A stretch of 54,575 nucleotides of DNA from Nitrosovibrio sp. Nv4 (GTDB taxonomy: Bacteria; Pseudomonadota; Gammaproteobacteria; Burkholderiales; Nitrosomonadaceae): the NCBI GenBank assembly GCA_945888885.1, contig CAMDAX010000001.1:1-54575 (forward strand), in the 5' to 3' direction. Below, one piece after another: positions 21,586 to 30,400 of this stretch. The notes below the pieces were generated by a model, which was not told where the DNA came from, did no database searches, and saw only the letters and a list, made by a program, of their open reading frames with translations. Both the position numbers and the translations under genes were made by a program. Each line of letters opens with the position of its first letter. Positions within the stretch are counted from its first letter, which is position 1.

Positions 21586-22644
21586 TTAAGCTACCGAGTT
21601 GGAAACCTTGTCCAAACGCTCCAGTACTTCAAATTTTCTCGTGTTCAGATCAGTGAATCCAGTAAGTATATTCAGGTGCGGCACCAGATCCGGAACCTTG
21701 ACTTTAATGACATCAAGCGAAAATTTGCTCAGGAATCTTGCTTTCTCCTTAGCCAGTTCGCGATCTGGACCAATTTCTCTGTAAGCGGCTGAAGTCATGA
21801 GCACAATGCCGCTTGGATCGATCCGGCTGTCGTCGATATTGCCTTTCAGCAGCATGGCCGCAGTTCCAATCGCATCGGAAAGGTTCGGGTCAAAAGGCCC
21901 CACAATGAAAGCGGTGTTGATGGCGTGCAGCCAGTCAAAGCCGCGCCCCACCCCCAAGACCCATTCCTTGTGGTAGGCATCTTCGATCGGCCTGTTGGTC
22001 GCACGGATCATTCGGACGTGTTTGATGTTTCCTTCGACCAACGGGATCAGATCCTTGAAAATCTGTTCCGGCATTGAGGGGTACAGCAAACGCAGCAAAC
22101 CTTGCAATTCGAGCCCGGATAAGTCTTCCTTAACTTCGGCTAGATCAACAACGCGACCGTCTTCGCCGTGCAGGATCAAGGCGTCGAGATCGGTCTCGAT
22201 ACCGCAAACAATTGGCACCACGGCGCCTTTGCCGTAAATGTTCTCAAACTGACTCTTGAGCCTTATGGCTGTGTCTCTGGCAGCATTGGTATCGTAATTG
22301 AATCCCCTGCAACCACGGTGAGCATCTCCGCGCGCGAAATGATAGGTCACAAAGATCAGGCAGTGTCTGCCACGACTGATGGCTTGCTGTGCCCATTGAT
22401 CCAGGGTTGCTTGAAAAAAGGGCCAGCCCAGATCAAACTTGCCACCCAGATTGCGAAAAGGTTGAACGATTCCGACTGCAGTTCGCGTCATGACCGGCAG
22501 GTTAAGCCGGCCATCCATGCATTTAAGCGCCGCTATTTCAGTAGGGTGCTCACCCCGGTATCTGCGGCGCTCCATGGCCAGATCAATAAAAGTTCGAGAG
22601 TGGCGTGCATTCAAATCAAGCAGGTAATCAATTCCGGTATTCAT
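21586..22644 (-). CDS. Divergent beta-carbonic-anhydrase-like protein with an unassigned ~200-aa C-terminal domain
   Basis: 352 aa. KCMDGR (C42-x-D44-x-R46), then 13 residues, then VQPFRNLGG, then H109-RG-C112. This reproduces the beta-CA CxDxR ... RN ... HxxC zinc-site pattern. A ggaga SD lies 7 nt before the ATG. Residues ~150-352 carry no motif I recognise. Confidence 0.6.
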   Translation of the reverse strand: MNTGIDYLLDLNARHSRTFIDLAMERRRYRGEHPTEIAALKCMDGRLNLPVMTRTAVGIVQPFRNLGGKFDLGWPFFQATLDQWAQQAISRGRHCLIFVTYHFARGDAHRGCRGFNYDTNAARDTAIRLKSQFENIYGKGAVVPIVCGIETDLDALILHGEDGRVVDLAEVKEDLSGLELQGLLRLLYPSMPEQIFKDLIPLVEGNIKHVRMIRATNRPIEDAYHKEWVLGVGRGFDWLHAINTAFIVGPFDPNLSDAIGTAAMLLKGNIDDSRIDPSGIVLMTSAAYREIGPDRELAKEKARFLSKFSLDVIKVKVPDLVPHLNILTGFTDLNTRKFEVLERLDKVSNSVA

Positions 22645-22670
22645 ACGCTCATCTCCATGTTGGATGCAAT

Positions 22671-22676
22671 ATTATA
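22671..22676 (-). promoter_or_regulatory. Possible -10 box (TATAAT) for the beta-CA-like gene
   Basis: The minus strand reads cgtTATAATattgcatccaacatGGAGAtgagcgtATG. The -35 region (tttctt) is poor. Confidence 0.3.
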
Positions 22677-22736
22677 ACGAAAGAAGGTCCCCAAAGAAAT
22701 GAGCTGTGGGGCACAAAAATTTCTAGTGGTTGCGCC

Positions 22737-24245
22737 CTAAGAAGATAGATTAAGTAGCCGCGACAACCATACCTCTGACGCCATTTGATTGATATGCAGC
22801 ACACTGTCCGGGAAGAACCCAAACACCAGAACCAGCAGAGCAGGAATACATAACAGGGCCAGTTCTCGCGGGGATAAATCCTGCGCCTGACTGACAACGG
22901 ATTGCGTGATCGGACCGAAAAACGCACGGCGGATATAGGACAGCATGTATGCGGCACCAAGGACTGCACCGACCAATGCAGCGATGCCAAAACTGGCGTG
23001 TGCTTTCAATGCACCGATAATCAACATTAGTTCAGCGGGGAAACCGCTGGTTCCTGGTACCCCGATACTCGCCAGGGTAAACAAGAAATAAAAACAGGTC
23101 AGCCGTGGCATCACTTTGGCCAAACCACCCAAGTGGATAATCTCGGTACTGCCCAGCCGGTGTTGAATCATGCCGGCAACCAGCATCAATGAACTGGCCA
23201 CTAAAGTGAAGTTAAGTAATTGGAAAATCGCACCCTGCAGACCCTGTATATTCAGGGACGCGATACCGACCACCACTAGGCCAACGTGACTGATACTGGC
23301 GTAAGCCAGCAGACGGCGCAGATTAGTCTGTTGTAAAGCAATCAACGCACCATATATAAGCGTAATCGTGCCCAGAATGCCCAATATCCAACTGTATTCG
23401 ACAGCCGCAGAAGGGGCTAGCGGCATGGCAAAACGCAAGATACCGTAAGCTCCCAGTTTCAGACCGGTCAGTATTGCTGTTATGTGTGCCGGGCCTTCCA
23501 TTGCAGCGGTAGGTAACCAGGTATGAAAGGGGACTAAAGGAGCTTTGACACCGAAACCAAGCAGTAACAATAAGAAAACCAATGTTTGCAAATCAGCCGC
23601 CAAAGGCGTTTCCAGCAGGACCGGCAAGCTGAAGGATAGCGCTTGGGGAATAGCGCCGCCTACTGTCACGGCGTGATTGGTCGCCAATATAACGATTGCA
23701 AATAGTAGCGACACTCCGCCAAACAGCATAAACAGCGTATATTTCATCGCAGCGCCACGGCGCTGCGAACCGATGCCCCATAAGCCGATTAAAAAGAAGA
23801 ATGGCGGCAGCGTCAGTTCCCAGAACAAAAAGAACAACACCGTATCCAGTGAGGTGAACACCCCGATGGTGATCCCTTCCAGTGCCAGCAATAAGACAAA
23901 ATGAAAGCGGGGGCTGTGTTGCACCGAATTCCATGAAGCAATGATCGCAGTCAGCGTTAACAGCGCTGACATTGGCAGAAATAACACCGAAATACCATCA
24001 ACACCGACCAGGTAATTGATATTCAGAAACGGTATCCAGGGATACTTTTCGACCAATTGAAAATCGCCGCTACCAGCATTGAATGACTGCACTATCAGCA
24101 GCGTCAGCAGCAGTTCGCAACCGGCAATTACCAGCGCGATCGCTTTGGCCAGTTTTACGGTAGGGGTGAACCCGGTGGCAATAGCACCCAGTAATGGCAA
24201 TAGAATGGCTAGACTCAGTAGCGGAAAACTTGCTTCACTCATCAT
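22737..24245 (-). CDS. Complex-I subunit M / MrpD-like proton-conducting membrane transporter (PF00361-type), paralog 3
   Basis: 502 aa and polytopic, with FWELTLPPFFFLI (TM5 Glu) and GVKAPLVPFHTWLPTAAMEGPAHITAILTGLKLGAYG (TM7 Lys / TM8). Its start overlaps the upstream gene by 11 nt (ATGATGAGTGA). Confidence 0.8.
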   Translation of the reverse strand: MMSEASFPLLSLAILLPLLGAIATGFTPTVKLAKAIALVIAGCELLLTLLIVQSFNAGSGDFQLVEKYPWIPFLNINYLVGVDGISVLFLPMSALLTLTAIIASWNSVQHSPRFHFVLLLALEGITIGVFTSLDTVLFFLFWELTLPPFFFLIGLWGIGSQRRGAAMKYTLFMLFGGVSLLFAIVILATNHAVTVGGAIPQALSFSLPVLLETPLAADLQTLVFLLLLLGFGVKAPLVPFHTWLPTAAMEGPAHITAILTGLKLGAYGILRFAMPLAPSAAVEYSWILGILGTITLIYGALIALQQTNLRRLLAYASISHVGLVVVGIASLNIQGLQGAIFQLLNFTLVASSLMLVAGMIQHRLGSTEIIHLGGLAKVMPRLTCFYFLFTLASIGVPGTSGFPAELMLIIGALKAHASFGIAALVGAVLGAAYMLSYIRRAFFGPITQSVVSQAQDLSPRELALLCIPALLVLVFGFFPDSVLHINQMASEVWLSRLLNLSS

Positions 24246-25854
24246 GCCCGCCCTTGGCCCCGATAGGCGCGGTCACGGTCACGGTGCCAGACTGTTGTGC
24301 ACCATGATGCGTGGAATTCAACACAGCCTCCAACTCGTTCACGGAGGCCACTACGTTCTGGTCTATCACATGCACCCAAGGTGACGTGTAGAAACCCGTG
24401 CCGATCAATAATGAGCAAATTATTACTGCAATAATCTGTTCCTTCTTGGCGGGTTTATGAGTACTGCTGTGATGCTGTAGAAATCGTTTCGGCGCGGCAA
24501 CAAATATCTGTTGAAAAGCACGCAGCAAAAGACCCGCAGCCAGGAGGTTTCCCAGCAATATCGCAGTGACGACCAGCCAACCGTATCTGGTAGCGGTGCC
24601 CTCAATCAGCAGATGTGCGCCGTCAAACCCTGGAGTACCAGGCATGACCATGGTGGTCAATGCAGAGATCACAAACAGAAATGCGATGGTGATGTTGGTG
24701 TCAAACAGCCCGCCCAGGCGCGGGATAATAGCAGTGCGAGTCCATTCATAAATTAGGCCGACACTGAAAAACATGCCCGCTGTCGCGAGTCCATAAGAAA
24801 CAGCTAACAGGATGGTGCCTTCCATGCCATATTCGTTTAAAGAAAAAATTCCGATAACCAGAATTCCCGTATGACTGACGACGGCGAAGGCCAGCAGACG
24901 GCGGATATTGATTTGCATCAGCGCCAGCAACGCACCGTAAATGATACTGATTAAACCCAGTGTCAGCACAAATCCAGACCATTGTTCGGCGGCCTCCGGA
25001 ATCAGCGGCAGGATAAAACGAATAGCCGCGTAAACACCCAGCTTCAGACCCACCAGAAAAATAGCCACACTTGCGACGGTGCCTTGTTCCGCCAAGGCCG
25101 GCAGCCAGCCATGAAATGGGAATATCGGCATACGAATGGCAAAACCAAAAAACAGGAGAAAGAAGATCAACGACTCATACTGTAACTGCGCATTACTGAC
25201 CTCTTTTAATTTCAGCCAGTCAAAAGTCAGTTCAGCGCCAGGTACTGCGTTCATTACGCCAACGGCGAGCAAGATGAAACCTGCCAGGGTCATCAATAAC
25301 CCGCCCAGCCAGTGTTGCAGCAATAATGCGACCACCCAATGCCGGTTTTGCCCGGTGCCGGCACGAATCGTCAACAGCACCACCGGGATCAGTTCCAGCG
25401 CGCACCATAGCCAGAACTGCATCAGATTCATCGCCGAGAACGCGCCGATCAGGATGCCTTCGTAACCCAACAAGCAGGCGATCTTAGTCCGATCAGTTGC
25501 GTGCCGGGTAATCGAGGTATAAACCAAAACCAGCAATGAAAAAATGGCCGTCAGTGGAATAAACAGGATATTGGCGCCATCAACGCCCACGCTGTAAGTA
25601 AAGCCAAGCTTGTGTATCTCTTCAGCCAATTGAATACCAGGACGATCAGCATCGAAAACGATCAGCAGGTAGAGGCTGAGCAATACCGTCGACAGTGCTC
25701 CGGCAAAACCGATACGCAATGCCACCGACGATGAGCGTGACAATAGAATAGCGGCCATCGTTGCCAGCGGGATAAGCGTCAGCATGGTCAGCAACGGGAA
25801 TGCTGCTGATTCCGACCATGCAGTAACAGCAGTAATAGTAGGAGTAATAGCCAT
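24235..25854 (-). CDS. Complex-I subunit M/N-like membrane transporter, divergent paralog 2
   Basis: 539 aa with AIRMPIFPFHGWLPALAEQGTVASVAIFLVGLKLGVYA and INIRRLLAFAVVSHTG. The TM7 position is Arg rather than Lys. There is a hydrophilic ~45-aa C-terminal tail. Confidence 0.75.
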   Translation of the reverse strand: MAITPTITAVTAWSESAAFPLLTMLTLIPLATMAAILLSRSSSVALRIGFAGALSTVLLSLYLLIVFDADRPGIQLAEEIHKLGFTYSVGVDGANILFIPLTAIFSLLVLVYTSITRHATDRTKIACLLGYEGILIGAFSAMNLMQFWLWCALELIPVVLLTIRAGTGQNRHWVVALLLQHWLGGLLMTLAGFILLAVGVMNAVPGAELTFDWLKLKEVSNAQLQYESLIFFLLFFGFAIRMPIFPFHGWLPALAEQGTVASVAIFLVGLKLGVYAAIRFILPLIPEAAEQWSGFVLTLGLISIIYGALLALMQINIRRLLAFAVVSHTGILVIGIFSLNEYGMEGTILLAVSYGLATAGMFFSVGLIYEWTRTAIIPRLGGLFDTNITIAFLFVISALTTMVMPGTPGFDGAHLLIEGTATRYGWLVVTAILLGNLLAAGLLLRAFQQIFVAAPKRFLQHHSSTHKPAKKEQIIAVIICSLLIGTGFYTSPWVHVIDQNVVASVNELEAVLNSTHHGAQQSGTVTVTAPIGAKGGHDE

Positions 25855-25862
25855 CAGGTTCT

Positions 25863-27431
25863 TCAGATCGCAGCTGCAAGCAGCAACACTGTGAATACAA
25901 ACACTACTAGGTAGCGGGGCTTCAGTATCAATTTCTCAAACTTATTGGCGGCATATCCCAGCTGGCGCCCCAGGTCGATCGCGTCTATGCTTATGCCCCG
26001 CAATACCAGCCGATCTTCAAACCAGTTGAAAATGTCCGCTGTCCATTGGAAAAGTTTTCCGGCCACACCACTGCTACGACTAAATTCGTTGGGATCATGT
26101 ACCGGCCCGGAACTCAGTATTTTTATTTCCAGTTGTGCCAGTGACGATATGGCACGGCCTGCGCGCGCAGGGGTGCCCATGATGCGATCAACGATATGGT
26201 CATCTAAATAGTCCAGGTCATGTCCCATCCCGTGAACCGGTCTTACCAAAGCCCGATCGGTAACTGGGTCCAGCCAGAAACGCTGTATTGATGCGGTATA
26301 TAGCCAGCGCAGCCCGGCAATATTGCGGGGCACTGGTTTCATCGGGTTGCCATGGACATAATGCAGAAACGACGGGGCGGTCAATACCTGATAGCAGCGC
26401 ACCACGGCATGAGCGCAAAGATGCCAGCTGGCCAGTTGCCACAAACCCAGACCGCATTCCAGAAACATCAAACCTAGTTGAGCTGATATGGCAAAACACA
26501 ACGAACTTTTGACATCAGTTTGAGTCAGTCCGACCACAAAGCTATAGATGGCGGTAATTAATCCCACAGCGACCAGCACTCCCATCGCAAATGGAGCCAT
26601 TTCAAAAAGTGGCTGCAGCAGGATTACCAGATAGACCCCGGCATGCGTCATGATTGCACCGTAGAACACCGCACTCGACGGCGTCGGCCCTTCCATCGCC
26701 CGCGCTAGCCATGGGGTGAATGGCAGTTGCGCCGATTTTGCAAAAGCGGCTGTGGCAAAACATAAGGCGATTACAGTGGCGGTAGGGGTGGTCAGTTGTT
26801 CTGTTACCGCGTTTAGATTGCCCCAGTCGATGGTCTCGGCATAAAAATAGCTCACGCCTATTCCCAGAATAAAACCGGCGTCACCGATGCGATTGGTGAC
26901 AAATGCGCGGGTTGCATTGATAGCGGCGATCGGACGGTCATAGGCAAAGACTATCAACAGATAGGAACATAGCCCGGCAATTTCCCAGCCGACAAAAGTA
27001 CCGACGGCATTACCCGATAACACCAGCAACAACATTGCCGAAGAAAACAGGCTCAGGATAAAAAAGAACCGGTAAAAACCAGGTTCTTTATGTAGATAGT
27101 TGATTGAGAAGCGAGTGACAATAACCAGCAGAATTGAAAATAGCGTCGCCAAGCCGACATTAAAACCCGTAGTGATAAAATTCATCTGTATGCTCAAGTT
27201 ATCACTGCCCAGCCACTGCCCCGCACTGAACGAGCCGGAGTTTTTGCCAAGCAAATCAGCGCCCAGCAAAGTCAAGGCCAATAGGCACGACAGGGTAATA
27301 GCCAAGGTAGCAATACTTGCAGCCATGGCTTCATCGGCCACGCCGCGAAGCATGCCGAATAGATGACCGGTACCGATAACCGCAGCTGCGATCAATGGTA
27401 GCAACGGGACCAGAACAACCAACGAATCCAT
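25863..27431 (-). CDS. dabB: DabB-like NuoL/NdhF-type membrane subunit
   Basis: 522 aa with FVGWEIAGLCSYLLI and AKSAQLPFTPWLARAMEGPTPSSAVFYGAIMTHAGVYL, both NuoL signatures. It begins 4 nt after the DabA stop. Confidence 0.75.
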   Translation of the reverse strand: MDSLVVLVPLLPLIAAAVIGTGHLFGMLRGVADEAMAASIATLAITLSCLLALTLLGADLLGKNSGSFSAGQWLGSDNLSIQMNFITTGFNVGLATLFSILLVIVTRFSINYLHKEPGFYRFFFILSLFSSAMLLLVLSGNAVGTFVGWEIAGLCSYLLIVFAYDRPIAAINATRAFVTNRIGDAGFILGIGVSYFYAETIDWGNLNAVTEQLTTPTATVIALCFATAAFAKSAQLPFTPWLARAMEGPTPSSAVFYGAIMTHAGVYLVILLQPLFEMAPFAMGVLVAVGLITAIYSFVVGLTQTDVKSSLCFAISAQLGLMFLECGLGLWQLASWHLCAHAVVRCYQVLTAPSFLHYVHGNPMKPVPRNIAGLRWLYTASIQRFWLDPVTDRALVRPVHGMGHDLDYLDDHIVDRIMGTPARAGRAISSLAQLEIKILSSGPVHDPNEFSRSSGVAGKLFQWTADIFNWFEDRLVLRGISIDAIDLGRQLGYAANKFEKLILKPRYLVVFVFTVLLLAAAI

Positions 27432-27435
27432 TGCT

Positions 27436-30400
27436 TTAAACTCCCAATTCTTCAGGCTGTTTAATCAATATGGGCGATACCGGCACCGATAGGCCCTGGT
27501 AACAATCCACCGATTTCTCACGAACCGGTAATTTTTCTACTTCCGCTTGCCATGGAACGAAACCCACGCCACGCTCAAAAACAGAAATTTCACCGCTATC
27601 AGGGTCTATCGCGCTCAACAGTACCCAGCCGCCGCCTATCAGTTCGCGCAAACTTTCTTGACGGGCATAGATCTCTCCGAGCATTGAAGTTTTCGCCTCG
27701 ACCACAATCTGCAAACGTACCGCTTCGTGAATCTCTACCATCTGTTTTGGCAGGCCGGTGCGTAAATCACTGCTGGCTCCTTCCATTACGCCGAACAGAC
27801 CGATGATGTTATGTGGGATTTTGGTGCCGCAGCCAAAACGTTCGTTGTTAATCGTGGAAAAGTAGTATTCCAGGTTAATCCCGGCACCGACAGGACCGAC
27901 GGTCAGCAGAACGTTTTCGAGCAGCTTACCTTCGGGATCCTGAGTTGCATCGTAGGAAATAAGAAAAGCGCGCCGATCGAGAAATATTCCCTGCGTGACG
28001 GAGCGTCGACCAATGACTGCTGAAGCATTGGTGGCATGTCCGTATTCGGGACGAACCTGACTCAGGTCATTGGAACGATTTGTCACATGGCGCATGGCTG
28101 CTGCTGGCGATGCCGGGTTGCGGGCTGAAATGAAACGGCGGCAGCGCTCCTGCGCGGAGGCCGCCCGAGCCTGCAAAACGCAGGCTTGACAGTCATCGAA
28201 GGCGGAGCGCAATTTTTGCGGGACGTCTTCTATGTCGTACCAGGTAACGACATCACTGGAAGTATCATGTTCGGCGCCGACAAACCAGCTATCTTCAGGA
28301 ACCACGATACCGTGCTGTACCAACAAGGCACGTACTCCGGGGCGGTTGGCCATCGCCGCAAATACGCGCGCATTCGGGCCGCCACGCCGTCCGCTGCAGG
28401 CACCACAATCATGGGCAGCTTCGTGCGGATTATTTTGACTGGTCGAACCATGCGCCATGAAACAAACGATCGGTGCAAACCCGTAGGCTAAGCCGGCATT
28501 GCGTAGGAATCCGGCAAGCCGATCAGCCTGTTCAGTGGTTGTAAAACCCAATCGTGGATGCTCAGGGGTTGCCGGGGCGGCAGTATTTGCGGCAGTAAAC
28601 AACAACTCAGTCGGTACTTTACGTAAGATATTTTGCCGCAGGTTGCCATTGGCCGCATTAAAATAGGTCGGCAGAAATGTTTTGCTTAACAGTGTAGCCA
28701 AAGTAAATGGAGCCAGTGCGTCAATAGCTGCATACGACAACAACATATTACGGCGAAGACTCTGGTTCAGCAAATAAGCGAGCCGCTTATAAAATTTGCG
28801 CCCTCTGTTATGTGCATGCAGCACTTCGTCGGTCCCCTTTCTCGGGATCTCGTCAACTTGATGAACTGGCGTCACGACCACCGGACACAGCGCCGTCGTG
28901 TGATGGTCGTCCAGCCCCTTATAATTCATCGGGATGCCAAAGAACCCGGCAGCACCCAATGTTTCAATGGCGGGATTGATTTCTTCCAGATGACGGCGAA
29001 TACTTTCTTCACGCTCATCAATACAGAATACTACTTGCGCTTGAGGACGCTTATCACGCCTGGCCCAGCGGCCGCGGTTATGATTGGCGCGCAATGCCTG
29101 AAAAAGATCTTCCCTGTAATGATACTCGTAGGCATCAAGCCAGACCTTGCTGCGCTCGGTCAGGTTGAACTCATCCAGTATTGCCAGCATCTGCTGTAGA
29201 TCTTTCTGCTGCAATTGTCGAATGTGCACAGCGTTGAGCCCCAGATGCTGGCATAAACGGAACAGACGCCAGCCATCATTGAACTCACAGTTTCCGGCAT
29301 TGGTTTCCGCCAATGGGCTGAACTGCCAGGTCCAGACCAGGTCGGCGAGCTGCTGCCAGTCAGCCTGCTTATGCCGTTCGGAACCGGTACGGCTTATCAG
29401 TGACTCCGCCGACTGGGTCAGGTATTCCGGCAGGCCGCCTTGATACAATTGGCTGCGCACCACGAATTCCGACAGGTTCTTACTGAAATAGAATTGCAGC
29501 GAACTCAGCTTGGCTTCGATTTTCCAGGTTTCGTAACAAGCCTGATCAAGCCAGAGTCTGTCCAATATCAGCCGGATAGCCAAATAATCCGCCAGATTAG
29601 GTGCCGCATCGTTCTCGGTATGGTATTGCGGATGCTGCTGCCGCCAGTTGACCAACCCCGACCAGCCCGGTAATTCCAGTGCCAGCCGCCGCAGATACCC
29701 TTCCCATTTGTCATGGGGTATTTCCAGATGGATCAGTTGCTGGATAATGGCATCGACCGCATCCTCTGGGGATTCGGCCACAATCTGCTGCCAGTTGGGC
29801 AAGTCATGCAGGAACGGGTTCGCGTCGTATTGTGCTGTCGCCCGCCAGGCTGCGTATAGACCCAAGCGGTTACGTTCGGGTAGTTGCCAGGCCGCTACGC
29901 CTTCGTCCAGAGCGGACGCACAGATGCGTATCATTTGCGGACGGACGGAGTAGAGAATATCAACCCCGCTCAATGCCAGGACAAAACCGCGTAGGGTGAT
30001 GCCATCGCCAATTTGGGTCAACAACTTGTCCAGCGAAATCGTTGCTTGTTGCCGCATGCGCTGATGCAGCGTAAGGCCGCTACTATCCGGATCACTGGAG
30101 TGAATTTTCTCCAGCCAGACTTCTGCCTGCTCCAGTGACAAATCAAGCATGTTCTCTGGGTGCAGGGCGATTTTCTCCAACCCAAGCTTGGCTGAAACAT
30201 TTTCCCACAACTGCCTAATGGCATCGCTTTGGTCGACGCTGCCTGCCAGCAACCGGCTGCGGACTTGCTCAGGTACATCAGCTTGCACTGTACCCAGCGC
30301 ATCCAATTCTTCTATTTGCCAGTTGAATTGACTGACAGTAAGGGCTTGCAGGTCAAACAGCATGGCGATGCGATAAATATCCTTGCGCGTAATCGTCAAG

